DNA of 64,000 nucleotides. It comes from Eledone cirrhosa. Lineage: Eukaryota. Location of the stretch: assembly GCA_964016885.1 (NCBI GenBank), contig OZ024740.1, positions 62,620,001 through 62,684,000 on the forward strand, written 5' to 3'. A model generated the notes under the pieces. That model was given only the letters and a program-made list of their open reading frames with translations, searched no databases and had not been told where the DNA came from. The position numbers and the translations under genes are program-made. This document shows, in pieces, positions 28,700 to 41,153 of this stretch (within the stretch, counting starts at the first letter, position 1; every line of letters begins with the position of its first letter).

Positions 28700-29000
28700 T
28701 CATTAGAGTTATTTAGACTTCGCTGCTCCTGTACTGGGTAGCAAATTTGGTGTCAAGCTTCCTCCAGCGTATTTGATTCACTGCTGCTCTTTCGGATCTT
28801 TTCCAAATGATGTCGACGGCCTTAAGATCGACTTGAAATGTCTGTAGCTTTGTGATCTTCAGTCTTACCTATTTCCGTTTGCATCCTGGGGGAGTCCAAG
28901 TCATTGCCGTTTTCGTGTACCGGTGATCGGATAGACAAAGTATGTGGCTAGCCAGGTGGAACCGTCGCCCCCAAACCAAGCCCATAATTCATGTTGATAA
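28700..29000 (-). mobile_element. RTE-like LINE 3' end
   Basis: Translation RRFHLASHIL...KTAMTWTP and ...RWRKL. Confidence 0.55.
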
Positions 29001-29030
29001 AGCAAGTAAATTTAGATACTTCTGTATTAT

Positions 29031-29226
29031 AATAATTGTTTCTACTTTTGGCACAAGACCAGCAATTACCCCAGTGCATTACTGGTACTTTATTTTACCG
29101 ACCCCGTAAGGATGAAAGGCAAAGTCAACCTCGGCGGGATTTGAACGCAGATTATAAAGGGCCGTAACTCTATGCTGCAAAGTATGGTGTCCAACTCTCT
29201 ACCGATACTGCCAATTCACTGCCCCG
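29031..29226 (-). mobile_element. Main SINE copy
   Basis: Full-length reverse complement of the consensus. Confidence 0.9.
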
Positions 29227-29227
29227 T

Positions 29228-31047
29228 ATAATAATAATAATAATAATAATAATGATTTCATTTATTGGCCACAAGGGCCGACATATAGGGGACAGTACAA
29301 AAGACTGGGACAGTAGGGTTTTATAGAAAAATCGAGTAAACAATATGAATAACAATAACAAAGTAACAATAAGATTACAACAAGAAAAAATTCCCCAATA
29401 GGGGGATGACCACCCAGGGTTCGCTCAGGTACCCCACCAATCCTGAACGACCCGACGCTTCGAGAGCACCCTGAAAGGGCACCCCCTCTCCTCCGCAAAT
29501 TTACCTACCTACAGCCGCATGACCAGAGTAGGCCCACTCACACGGGCCATTCTCGCTACATTCACCCACCTTTCATCAAATGTACTGGGGGCAGCACTTC
29601 TCTCTCCACCCTCACCTTCCTTTCCAAGTGAAACTTGAAAAAGTTGATGAGGGATTGGCCGAAGAGAAAAGTGTCTGTCTTCAGTCCTTTCAACCTCGTC
29701 CACCATACAACCTCTTTCGCTACTGCCACCAGACAGAGGAAAATTGCCTGCCCTTCCTGGCCAAAAGAAAGCGGCGGGTCGATCTTCACTATGGACTCGG
29801 CCGATAGCCGGATCCGTTCTACACGCGACAACAGCTGTTCAACATAACTCCACAAGTCAGTAAATGCACGGACACTGGACGAGTACGTGCAGAACGGTTT
29901 CGTCGCTCTGCGCGCATCTCGGGCAGGTCCGTCTGATAGCACTTCCGTGCCTGTAGAGTTTATCTCGAACCGGCAGTGCCCCCCGGTAGCACTGCCAAGC
30001 GAGGGATTTTTGGAAATTATCCATCGTCCCCGGTTCGAAAGTCCTCCGGTACAGACTGGTTAGTTCGACTTCGTTGACTCCCAGAGCCTCTCTGAGTGCG
30101 TCGTCACACTTGCCCACCACTAATTCTCTGTAGAACTCGAGAGTGGAAGTTCCACTGACCGCATTGCCCGCCTGGTAGAGGGCAGTGAGTTCCTGGCAAC
30201 ATTCCAGATGCCAGTCACCCAGTCTCGGTCTCTTCTTGATCCAGGACTGCAGCTCAGTCAAAGAAACGAGCTGCGGAAAGGCCCATATGACAAACGGCGA
30301 CCACACCTGTTCACCGTTTAGGCAGAATATCTGGAGATGCCGCAGCCTCAGCGCATGCCTGCGCATCATTAGCCACGGCATGCCCAGCCCTCCACGTAGA
30401 GGGTGCTGGCAGCAGATGGACCGCCTCACCAGCGGAACCTGACTCTTCCACAAGAATTTGAAGAGGAGCCGCTCCAAGATGGCGAGGCGCGAACGGGGCA
30501 AGGGACGACGGTCAGACGGTAGTGCGTTCGCCACCTCCGCCCGACCTTTCAGCGATAGCTTCATCCCAGCCCATTTCTGGGTGAGACTGGCTACCCTGCC
30601 CGTCACCTCGTCCCAATTCTTATCCACCTGGAGGTCTGGCCCGAACCAAACCCTTAGCAACTTTACCGGTCCGTCCGTCCAGCGCATAACGACGCTGTTG
30701 GATAGCATGGACTTGCCTCTCCAAGTGCCGAGTTGCAAGCCCACCGACTTTTCCGGGTTAAGTTTTGCTCCCGTCAACTTTTCATATTCCTCCAATAAGT
30801 TGCCGACCACCTCGATTTCTGAGTGTCCGACACCATCATGGTGATGTCGCTCGCATAAGCCGACACATCCTTTCCGCGTCCCGGTTCGAGCGGGATGCCC
30901 TGCAACAGCTCCAGCTTCCACAGTAAAGGCTCGAGAGTCAATACGTACAGAAGGGAGGAGAGAGGGCACCCTTGACGGACCGATCGGGAGACCTGAAACG
31001 GTTCCGAGAGATGGCCATTAATTTTCCGAGAGGTGGCCTTATGCACA
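29228..31047 (-). mobile_element. 5'-truncated Tx1/L1-clade LINE
   Basis: VRQGCPLSSLLY, SAYA.DIT, KLNPEKS, SLKGRAEVAN, GGLGMP and CCHC knuckle CPRC..ETVLHVLVQC; AATAAA plus (ATT)n tail; GC-rich. Confidence 0.9.
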
Positions 31048-31094
31048 AGGAAAGTTTATACTTTCAGACGTTCAACCATCTGGCAGGAAGGTAT

Positions 31095-31137
31095 ACGTTG
31101 CTGACGATAGCTAATAAGCTTGAAACTAGTACAGCGT
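31095..31137 (+). ncRNA. Canonical minimal type I hammerhead ribozyme
   Basis: ACGUUG-CUGACGA-U-AGCU-AAUA-AGCU-U-GAAA-CUAG-UA-CAGCGU: 6-bp stem I, intact core, 4-bp stem II, palindromic stem III, GUA cleavage triplet. Confidence 0.85.
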
Positions 31138-31350
31138 TCCTTTGTCAGGGTTGAACAAATGAGCTACGATGGTTGCTAGACACTGTACGGCTTAATTTGG
31201 GATGTTTGTTTACAGACACACCGAGCATTATAATAAATGTTCGGTGAATCCATACGTACATATATATATGTGTGCATGTATGTATATATATATATATATA
31301 TATACATACTACTGTACGTCTGTATACATATATGTATGTACGTATACATA

Positions 31351-31394
<44 letters not shown>

Positions 31395-31396
<2 letters not shown>

Positions 31397-31522
31397 TATT
31401 ACCGGGCTCAATCGAGAGTAACCACAGTAAGTAAGGTACTCAATACATAGCAGAGTATAAATATTTAATATAGAAATAAATGGCTTCTGTAGGACTAGAA
31501 CTGTTTCATTCGGGAGAAATCA
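31395..31522 (-). mobile_element. Family B PLE-like terminal repeat with partial HHR and tail
   Basis: Homologous to 46684-46856; starts at a (TA)n tract. Confidence 0.75.
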
Positions 31523-31913
31523 ACATATTAAAGTGTACTAACCATCCAATAATAACTACAACACCCGGACATGCTCATGCTACAGCATGTTTCGACACAA
31601 AAAGTGAAGATTCCATAATTTAGAAGGCATGACAACAGGTGGACTACAATTTGGTCCGCACTTCTAAAAATATATCAGATAACTAAAAAAACGCACATGT
31701 TGTAGAGAGAAGAACCACGTGTTATATAGCCCACGTCGTGTGAATGGATCAAAAGACCGCTAAAAACAGCAGCTCAGAACCATTCAACTTAAGAAGCTCT
31801 ACTTACATATAGAAATGAATTAAGACAATATATCAAATTAAAAAACGGAGTTAAAGACTCCCCTATAATCCCCTATAATTTAATGAGCTAAAGGATTACA
31901 TTCCGGGCTCTTT

Positions 31914-32052
31914 ATAAATTAGTATATAGAAAAGGGTACACATAGAGGTATGTGTTTTAATCATAGACAATATGTTCATCACCCTGGTGGTTTTCTATCC
32001 CTATGATTAAACACATACCTCTCTGTGTACTTCTCTCTCTATACTGATTTAT
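31914..32052. repeat. Imperfect ~50-bp inverted repeat ending in TA repeat
   Basis: About 31914-31963 vs 32001-32052. Confidence 0.7.
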
Positions 32053-32291
32053 ATATGTATATATATATATATATATTACATATTATATCATTTATTTATG
32101 TTCATACATATATAATACATATATATCTATAAAATATCCATATGTATTATTTACGTATATATATATATATATATAAGATTATGACGGGTTCAATTTGAGG
32201 TAACCACATTAAGTAAGGTACTCAGAGGCCATTTCTATAGTATATATATATACGTGAAATCCTTGGTACATTTAGGTATATTTAAAAAAAG

Positions 32292-32431
32292 GAAAAGAAT
32301 GACTTCACTTGTAGTTCTAAACAATTTAATTTGATTTTATATTATTATGATTTTACAAACCAAATTGTAAAATCATAATATTATAAAATTAGATTAAATT
32401 GTTTAGAACTACAAGTGAAGTCATTCTTTTC
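32292..32431. repeat. ~66-bp-arm palindrome between (TA)n and (CA)n
   Basis: GAAAAGAATGACTTCACTTGTAGTTCTAAACAATTT / AAATTGTTTAGAACTACAAGTGAAGTCATTCTTTTC. Confidence 0.85.
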
Positions 32432-32436
32432 GTTTT

Positions 32437-32535
<99 letters not shown>

Positions 32536-32549
32536 ATCATACACAATCA

Positions 32550-32596
<47 letters not shown>

Positions 32597-32639
32597 CTAT
32601 ATACTTTATAAACAACAATCAAAGTTTAGAACATTTAAT

Positions 32640-32685
32640 CACTTACGATCGTTTCATCCTAGCACAAGGCCGAGTCATCGGAGTA
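32640..32685 (-). ncRNA. Hammerhead ribozyme-like motif (variant core CCGAUGA)
   Basis: Reverse complement reads UACU-CCGAUGA-CUCGGCCUUGUGCUAGGAU-GAAA-CGAUCG-UA-AGUG; downstream sequence resembles family A. Confidence 0.7.
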
Positions 32686-35064
32686 TATAAGAAAGGTTGA
32701 AACACAAATATAATATAAGAAGTTTGTCACAAGAAGGACACATAATATGGGAAGTAAGCATAAGTATCAACATTTATATCAGAAAAGATAGCAAAGGCAG
32801 AAGAAGCAAATGAAAAATCTGAGCATATAAATTCAATAAAATAAAATTAGGACCAGCTAAAAGCGTTAAAAATTCTAAAAACATGCTGCAATAGAGAAGT
32901 TAAGTATAGTGCAAGACATATATCATAATTATTAAAGAAACATATATCATAAGCATTAGAAAAGTTTATAAAGTTAATAAGAGCAGGTGTACAGTTCAAA
33001 TATAGATTTAAAAATATAAAAAATACATCTCCAAAATATATTTTTAATAATGGATATAAAAAGTTTGACTGCGTCATTTAGTCATAAAGATAAACTATTA
33101 TTTTTCAAACCTGAAGCTTTATCACGTTCTGCTTTCCAGTATAGTTACGTCCCTTTACGGTCTGAGTTCAAGTCCCGTCGAGGTTAATTTTACCTTTCAT
33201 CCTTACAGGGTCGATAAAATAAAGCACAAGTAATGTATTGGATAATTGCTGGCTTTTTGCCAAAAGTAGAAACAATTATTTCACATGATATGCCTATGAA
33301 AAAACCTACCAATATTCAAACTAATATGATTGTTTGTATCAGTGGATTAAATAATGATATGCACCCCTATACAGTTCACAAATAATATATCTCACATACA
33401 CGCGCACCATCTATTACTATCCCATTTCCGCAAATGCTTGTTGTAGTGTAGCATGAAGCAATTCCTTTAGCATTGCCGCTAACACTACCGTTTTTTCTCT
33501 CGTACATACACGCATACAACTTTTCCGACTTGATCAACATTTTACATGAAGTACGCACCAGCTTTGATATAATAGATCTAAAACTTTAGGTATATACAAA
33601 GTTATCAGCAAAAACTACTTATTAGCATTTGCTTACATGTGCTTTCCTTAAGAACATTCTTCAGCTCTTTCTCGAAAATTACGAAGCACACTTAAAAGTG
33701 CAAGCACACTTAAAGTAAATGATCTTACACATTTATACCCGTACACATAATCGTACACATAATCAGGTAGAACTGTAGATATTCGGCACAAGTTCACAGT
33801 CGATGGAATCAACCTCATGGAAATAGCTGATAGTTATTTTATCAGTTATTGAAAGATGAAAGACACACGAAATCGCGGTTGGATTTAAACTAAGAAACAA
33901 ATTGGAACGAAACTAATCCATGTGATAGATATAGTCTGACGCTTCTCTAACATTTATGAGATAAATATTGGCTTCTAACATCAGTCCAAGACCACTAATT
34001 TTGTGTGTGGAGTGTAATCAATTAAATTTACGCTATTATTTGATGGGCACTTATATTATAAAGCCCTAGAGGAAAGAAGGAAGCTAAAAACGATTCGTAC
34101 TGGATTTGAATTCAGAACTTAAAGGGTAGTATCAAACTACAGGAAGGTATTTAAGCCTGCGGCATACGAATTATACTATCTACTGTTTGTCTAAAATAAA
34201 TATGGATTTCTAATATTGGCACAAAACCACAATGTTCGGATGTGAGCTTAGTGCATTTTATCGATCTTACAAACATAGATGAAACCAGCTTGCACCACAT
34301 AGAGCGTTTGGGAAGAAAGTGCAATCGACTTCAAGGATAAGAATGTAATACATTTTTAATGCTACCGCAAGCCTATATTACATTGTGATACTACTGTCAT
34401 TTTCCAACTCTATTAATTCTTCCTACACGTCTTTGTAAACAAATACTTGCACTGAAAACGATTATTATACCAAATAATCCATCCGATGCAATAATATCTT
34501 AGAATTACTGTACCATATCGTAATGTAATGATTGTGAATTGCCTCGAAAGGTAATTATATTCTCACCAACCAATTCATCTTTCAAGTTATCCAATCGTTA
34601 ACATTAGTTAAGCTCATGTCTGGAAATGCCAATTAAAGAACGAAGGCGGTGATTGACACTTTACTGTCGACAAATATATTTTGCTTTCATTACAACCTAC
34701 GTATTAAGATGATTACATTTGTTGGATATGTGGTCAAGGGGAACGCTATCACATTTTGTAGCATTCAGAAAAGCGATAGTGAAGTATTTTGGAAAAGAAC
34801 TTTATAGTTATATAAAACGTTTCGACAAAACGAACAATACAGTAGTCCATTGACAGCTATTGCACTCTAGTATGGTAAAAAAGATTCACATATTCATCAA
34901 ATATTTGGGATCACTATGACGATAGGGTTGACGGATAAATTGAGCAAAGAATTCGATTTTGTTTTTTTCACAACTACATTACACAATTGAGACTGTCATT
35001 GATACTTTTGGGTATTAAATGCAGGATACAGTTGACAGAAAATTTGATCAAAGAATTAAATTTT

Positions 35065-35268
35065 AAAATTAGAAATAGAAGCCTTCGCCGTACTTTTGAC
35101 TAAAGAAACTTTAGCCTGATAGTGGGTTTAGAACCCTCAGAGAAACAGAAAAAGATGAGTATTACGTCAATACTCATCTTTTTCTATTTCTCTGAGGGTT
35201 CTAAACCCCATTATCAGGCTAAAGTTTCTTTAGTCAAAAGTATAGCGAATGCTTCTGTTTCTAATTTT
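35065..35268. repeat. ~100-bp-arm palindrome with 5-nt loop
   Basis: 35065-35163 vs 35169-35268. Confidence 0.92.
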
Positions 35269-35399
35269 CAAACTCGTTCGCTGTTTCAAAATATTCTTAC
35301 TTGTAATTAAATTTTAGTTTGTTCACAGTTTTGATGACTAACTACAACATGCCATTGAATCTCTCATTGATATTGTTTGTTATTAAATTCTGTCGGTGC

Positions 35400-36495
35400 G
35401 CTACACAATGAACTCTTAAAACAGAGTGAACAATTTCTGGTCATAGGAGAAAGAAACATTTGTGACTACTTACTATAATAAGCACTCCATCAGATGTATA
35501 GGCAACCATATTGGTCAATAGGATGTTATGGTTTCAAAAATTAGCTTCTGATACTTGGCTTCCTCCATGGGTAGAACAATTAAAATCGTTTAAAATAATG
35601 GTTAAAAACACAAAAGAGGAAGCAAAAGAACTCCATAACACTATCACACAGTCAATCTCTTTTAACATCTGGGTCTGCTACACAGACGGGGAACATTCAG
35701 ACAAGGGAGCGGGTTGTGGAGCTACTTGGTCTTTCAAAAATAATTATAGAGATATGAATTTCAGATTACATCGGGATTACACTATATTTGATGCAGAATA
35801 GTGCGAAATTATATTAGCCATAGATTCAGCTAAGGAACTGCCCTATTTACTGATAGTCTATCGAATCTTGAACTGCTTCAGTCAAGAAAAAAGGGGTCAC
35901 GTTAGGGATATTGAGAAAGCTCTGCTAAAAATAGATAACTACCTCTCAGAAAACAATAAAGAAATAACTGTGATTTAGACAGCGGGCCATACAGATATTA
36001 TAAGAAATAGGAAAGCAGACGAATTAGCAAAAGAGGAAGCACAAAGGGAAATAATATATATATAGACTACATCCCAAATCTTTTGCAGGTAAAATCATTT
36101 AGCAAACATATAATTAGTCAAGAGTGGGAAACATTTTGGGAAGAATCCAGAGATAAGCTCACAAATTTCAATCCCCCACTATCTCAACCAGATTTGACAA
36201 CATTCAAACATTTATCAATTATTGAGTAATGCAAATAAAAAAGACTATGCTGGCTTCGAACTGCATTCTATAAAGAACAGGTCATAGAGATTCACCTCTA
36301 TGTTGTGGTGACTCTCCAGAAACTCTTAGGCACTATTTGTCCCAATTTAGAAAGAGAAGTCATATTGAAACCAATCTTTAAAAGACTACCAAAATTGGAA
36401 GTTCAATATATGCTTAAAGGTCTACCAAATATCAACAAAATCTTTGAGGACATAGAAGCTGCGAAACACCTAGCTGTTTTACAGCGTCCCTTGTT
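35400..36495 (+). mobile_element. I-clade-like LINE 3' region with RNase H
   Basis: VCYTDG..GAGCG, TIFDAE, TDSLS and GH.DI...ADELAKE motifs; terminal CCHC remnant; many stops. Confidence 0.7.
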
Positions 36496-36855
36496 TCGCA
36501 CACACACACATATATATATAACGGTGTATTGGCAGAGTGGTTAAGACGTCGGGTAGAATGCTTTACGATATTCGTCCCACCTCATTGCGTGCTCTGAGTT
36601 CAAATCCCACCGTGGTTAACTTTGCCTTTCCTCCTTTCGGAGTCGATAAAGAAAGTACAGTGAGGTACTCTGGTCGATTCTTCCTCTATAGAAAAAATCA
36701 TCTGTGTTCAGACCTGGAGAGGGTTGGGCTCCGCCAGGTTTAAAAGTGCCCTGGACACGCCGTATGAAGGTACCTCTACGACTCCACAAGGAGTTATAGG
36801 ATCTTTATCCTTTATCTATGCATAATCTGCTTCCCATTGGCCTTCATTATTTCAA

Positions 36856-37243
36856 AGGGCGTTGAATTGGCAGTATCGGTAGAGGGTCGGACGCCATGCT
36901 TTCCAGCATAGTTACGTCCCTTTACGATCCGAGTTCAAATCTCGCCGAGGTTGACTTTGCCTTTCATCCTTACGGGGTCGATAAAATAAAGTACCAATAA
37001 TGTACTGGGTAATTGCTGGCCTTGTGCCTAAAGTAGAAACAATTATTTCAAAGGGCGGTGGATTGGCAGTATCGGTAGAGGGTCTGACGCCATGCTTTGC
37101 AACAAAGAGTTACGTCCCTTTATGTTCTGAGTTTAAATCCCGCCGAGGTTAACTTTGCCTTTCATCCTTATGGGGTCGATAAAATAAAGTACCAGTAATG
37201 TACTGGATAATTGCTGGCCTTGTGTCAAAAGTAGAAACAATTA
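36856..37243 (+). mobile_element. Tandem dimer of the main SINE
   Basis: Two full copies separated and flanked by ATTATTTCAAA. Confidence 0.92.
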
Positions 37244-37819
37244 TTTCAAATTTTTATTTTTGTTTTATTTGTTTTTGCTGTTTCTTTTTCCTCTTTTTAA
37301 TCAATTTATTTTATTACTTATCTCACTAGTTATTTTTCATTACCAACTGTAAGGATTACTCGATACTTCCCCTAGTTTGTCATGGCTTACTAGCTCTACA
37401 TGGACATTAAAATTGATTAAATAGTTAATCAAATAAATAAATATAAAGTAGACGTACCTTGTAAATCAATCAGCAATGGAACAATCCTTTGATCAATTTA
37501 TCCGTCAACTCTATCGAGATATTGATCTCGAATATTTGATGAATATGTGAATCTTTTGTACCATACCAGAGTGCAATAGCTGTCAATGGACTATTGTATT
37601 GTTTGTTTTGTCGAAATGTTTTATATAATTATAAATTTCTTTTCCAAAATACTTCGCTGAATGCTACAACATGTGATATCGTTTCACTTGGCCACAATCA
37701 ATCAAATTTAATTTTCTTAATACGTTGTTGCAGTAAAAGCAAAGAAGAAAAAATACTACTTGTCGCCAATAAAGTGGCATCACTACCACCATTTTTAAAT
37801 TGGTACTGTACAAAATGAA

Positions 37820-38460
37820 CATTTCCAGACATTTTCTCTCCGGCTTGAATGATTTTATTGTTAAGCAAAACATATACCCTCATCAATCATTGACTGTTCA
37901 CAACTGCTGGCTCATCCCTTGCTCACTCGTCTACCATTGTATAGAAAATTTAGAACTCCGGAGAATATGAATAAGTTGCTGTTTCATATTGTTGGTCATT
38001 TTCATCTCTACGTCAAGTAATTGTAACATTATCATAAAAAAAAAGGAATTATCCCGAAAATGGCATCAGGCTTTTCATGCACTAAAACCGAGAGACTTTC
38101 TTGAATAACAGGTTGGTAGTATTTCTCTCACACTGTAGGAATTATTGTGTTTGCAATAAGTAAGGCAATATTGCACGACGCAGTCATACTATTATCTTGC
38201 TGAAAAGTTGCCCTTTGAAATTCCAAGATTAATGTTTTCTTCTTTTGAATATGATAAAAATTTGATCCTTTGACCAGAATGCTCAGAATGTGAAGTATAT
38301 TCCATACACGAAGGTTTCATGTTGTCATTGCTTTAAGATTCATTGGATAGAAGACACAAAGGTAATTGACCGTTCCGTGGGGGTAACCATAAACCCCAAA
38401 GTAAATAATCAATGCTGTTTTGGTAATACATTTTCTTTACAAGAGATATTGGAGTATTGA
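37820..38460 (-). mobile_element. Degraded Tc1/mariner transposase relic
   Basis: TFQQDN and YSPE-like motifs; C-terminal IIQAG. Confidence 0.4.
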
Positions 38461-39730
38461 AAAGCTTGTTCAATAATTACTGAAAATGGCTGAAATTACC
38501 CCAGTGCATTACTGGTGCTTTATTTTATCGACACCCGTAAGGATTAAAGGCAAAGCTAACCTCGGCGGGATTTGAACTAAGAACGTAAATGACCATAACT
38601 CTATGCTGAAAAGCATGGTGTCTGACGCTCTACTGATACTGTCTATCCACCGTAGTTAGTGAATAATTGATTGTACATTCAATAGTCAATTGAAATACAT
38701 AGTCGTTTTAAACTGCGTCAGAAATTTGAGTGTATAGTGCAGATTTATGCAGAGTAAGTGTGACGTATGCATACCTAAGCAAACGTTTATCCATTTCTAC
38801 ATATACTCACACATCCTTTTGTTCAATGACATTTAATAATTTACTGTACATTTAACATTCAACTAAAATATATATAATTCCTAAACTGGATGAGGAATTT
38901 GTGAGGATATGTCAAACGTACTAACTCCCAAAAGGATAGTTCAGACGTATGTACAGGTAAGGATGACGTATATACAGTTGCATACATATTTACAAATTTA
39001 AGCACTCACATAATGTTCAGTGCTGATTGGTAAATTTATAATTAAAAAAAAAACCTTATTGATGATTAATTAGTTATTGTCTATGACAATTTTAGTACTC
39101 ACAATTCTATAACATCCGCTAAAATTTAAAAGCTCCCACCATTTTCTGCACATTTACTTACTGCCCACCCAAATGCTGAGATAGTCCACTGGTGAGTGAT
39201 ATCACCAGTGAGTGATATCAAGTTTGAGAGATCCTGATTTATAGTATTTTTATCGTTCGCATTATGTTAGAGTGGTAAATTGTCAGAGTTGTTAGAACGT
39301 CAGATACGGTATTCGTCATGGCTCTTTTCGCTCTGATTTCAAAACCTGTATTTTATCCCTTTGAGGTTAATAAAGATACAAGTAGATTCTGGTTGCGATT
39401 CTACCTCTATATCTATTTCTCACTTCCTCTCTATCAAATACACTCTTTCCCAGGAAGAAATCGGCTGTATTCAAATTTAGAGAAAGGATCGGTTGTGCCA
39501 GATTTTAAATATCTAAGACTCACTCCATGTCACTATGGCGCCACTATGACGCTATCAAGAGTTACGGGTCCATTCATACCTACATAGAGTAATAGTTTGA
39601 ATCCTGTTAAAGTACTATATTTATGAAAAGGATATTGTTTTCTCTCCCACCAACATTACGAGCAGCAGCAAAGGTACAGAAAATACTACGAACATTATAT
39701 AACCCTATAAAAGCACTATATTTATTGAAG

Positions 39731-40040
39731 GCCCCACTCGGTCACGAATGACCATGGTTTTGCACCTAGAAAGTTTCCCTCCGAGGCACAAGCCTGGACA
39801 AGTAGTCGCCCATGCATTCCAGACTCCCCTCTCCACGCCACCGATGCTGTCCAAGGGAAAGGCAATGGTCGATACAGCTTGGCACCAGTGACATCGCAAC
39901 TCATTTCTACAGCTGAGTAAACTGGAGCAACGTGAAATAAAGTGTCTTGCTCAAGGATGCAACGCATCACCCGATCCGAGAATCGAACTCATAACCTCTC
40001 AATTGCAAGTCCAATGCTCTAACCACTAAGCCATGCGCCT
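39731..40040 (-). mobile_element. tRNA-derived CORE-like SINE (resembles octopus OR SINEs)
   Basis: A box TGGCTTAGTGG, B box GAGTTCGATTC, then CCTTGAGCAAGACACTTTA...CAGCTGTAGAAATGAG; relatives at about 21650-21750 (+) and 43250-43530 (-). Confidence 0.75.
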
Positions 40041-40429
40041 TCACATCACTGGATTAACATAATTGTTAGAGCATCGGATAAACTACTTAGCAGTTTTATA
40101 TCCAATTTTTTATGTTCCCCGTTCGAATCCCAGTGATGTCAGCTTTGCCTTTCATCTTTCCGGTGTCGATAAAATAAAGTACCAATCAAGCATTAGTGTC
40201 GATTTAATCGACTTTACCCCAACATCAATAAAAAAAAATTAAAAAAAAGATTGCTCGCATATATAACCATGCAAAACATATTTTATAAAACTGTTTAGCC
40301 TTACAAAATCAAGAAATTATACTGTTAATATCGTACATTGTTAATTCCATTTAGTTGTAGATATGCTTGATTTGGTGGAGATGGGGATATAGTTTGACGT
40401 GACAACTTTTTGCGAGTTAGTAGAGTTAT

Positions 40430-40900
40430 GATGTTTGTAGAAGAGTTGAACCTTAGTTGTTTATTTCGTTGTTGTTTCCTTCAGATAATGGATTCCCTTA
40501 AGGCTCTACGATGTTTATAATGTTGCTGAACATCAATTTCTGTTGACAAGTCAATGGACGAAATTACGTTATCAAGGGATTCTCATATGAAAGATAGCAA
40601 CGCTTTCCTAGGCAATGGTTTGTTGTTTTCAACATTCTTACTATCACTACTGTCATCAACAAGAATTTCCTCCGTTATGTTTTTCTGTTAACATTTGGTA
40701 AAAATAATCCCCATCGTATTTTCTAGCTTTTATCTGACGTCATCATCTGTTACATTTTTCGATTGCCTCCTGAAGTATGCGATGGAAGTCTCATGACAAA
40801 AGTCCTTCAATTTCTCGTGGTAATAGACGAAGACGAGAGAAAATATAGAAGTATAAAGAACTTGCAGTAACATTAAGAACTACAACCTCGGGTCCACAAT
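40430..40900 (-). mobile_element. Tigger/pogo transposase C-terminal relic
   Basis: Acidic stretch EEILVDDSSDS, then ALRESII...NKQLRF; contains stops. Confidence 0.45.
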
Positions 40901-41153
40901 ATATATTTTAGCAGTTTCATGGAAAACACTGTAAACTATCACTCTAGTCAATTGTTAGGAAACATATTCGACTAGCACACATTCTTCACGGTCCTCAGAT
41001 CTCTTTACAATACTGGCATATGATGTTGTAGCAATTTCCCTGTCTTCAGACAGCTGAATTAGGGTTAAGCAATCTCTGGTTTAGCTTATATTTGATATTC
41101 AGGTGCTTAAATATTTTCAGATTATTTTAGTCAGACCAATCTTTGTGTTTTAG

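Larger units (their letters stand above)
34729..37696. repeat. Diverged ~220-bp inverted repeat with ~2.5-kb spacer
   Basis: 34729-34949 vs 37487-37696. Confidence 0.85.

Noticed and set aside
36856-37243. Recurrent ~190-bp units as a CRISPR array or tRNA genes
   Set aside because: Dispersed SINEs with TSDs; no repeat-spacer structure and no cloverleaf
40430-40720. Possible host exon starting MGIIFTKC
   Set aside because: In-frame stops; fits a Tigger relic better
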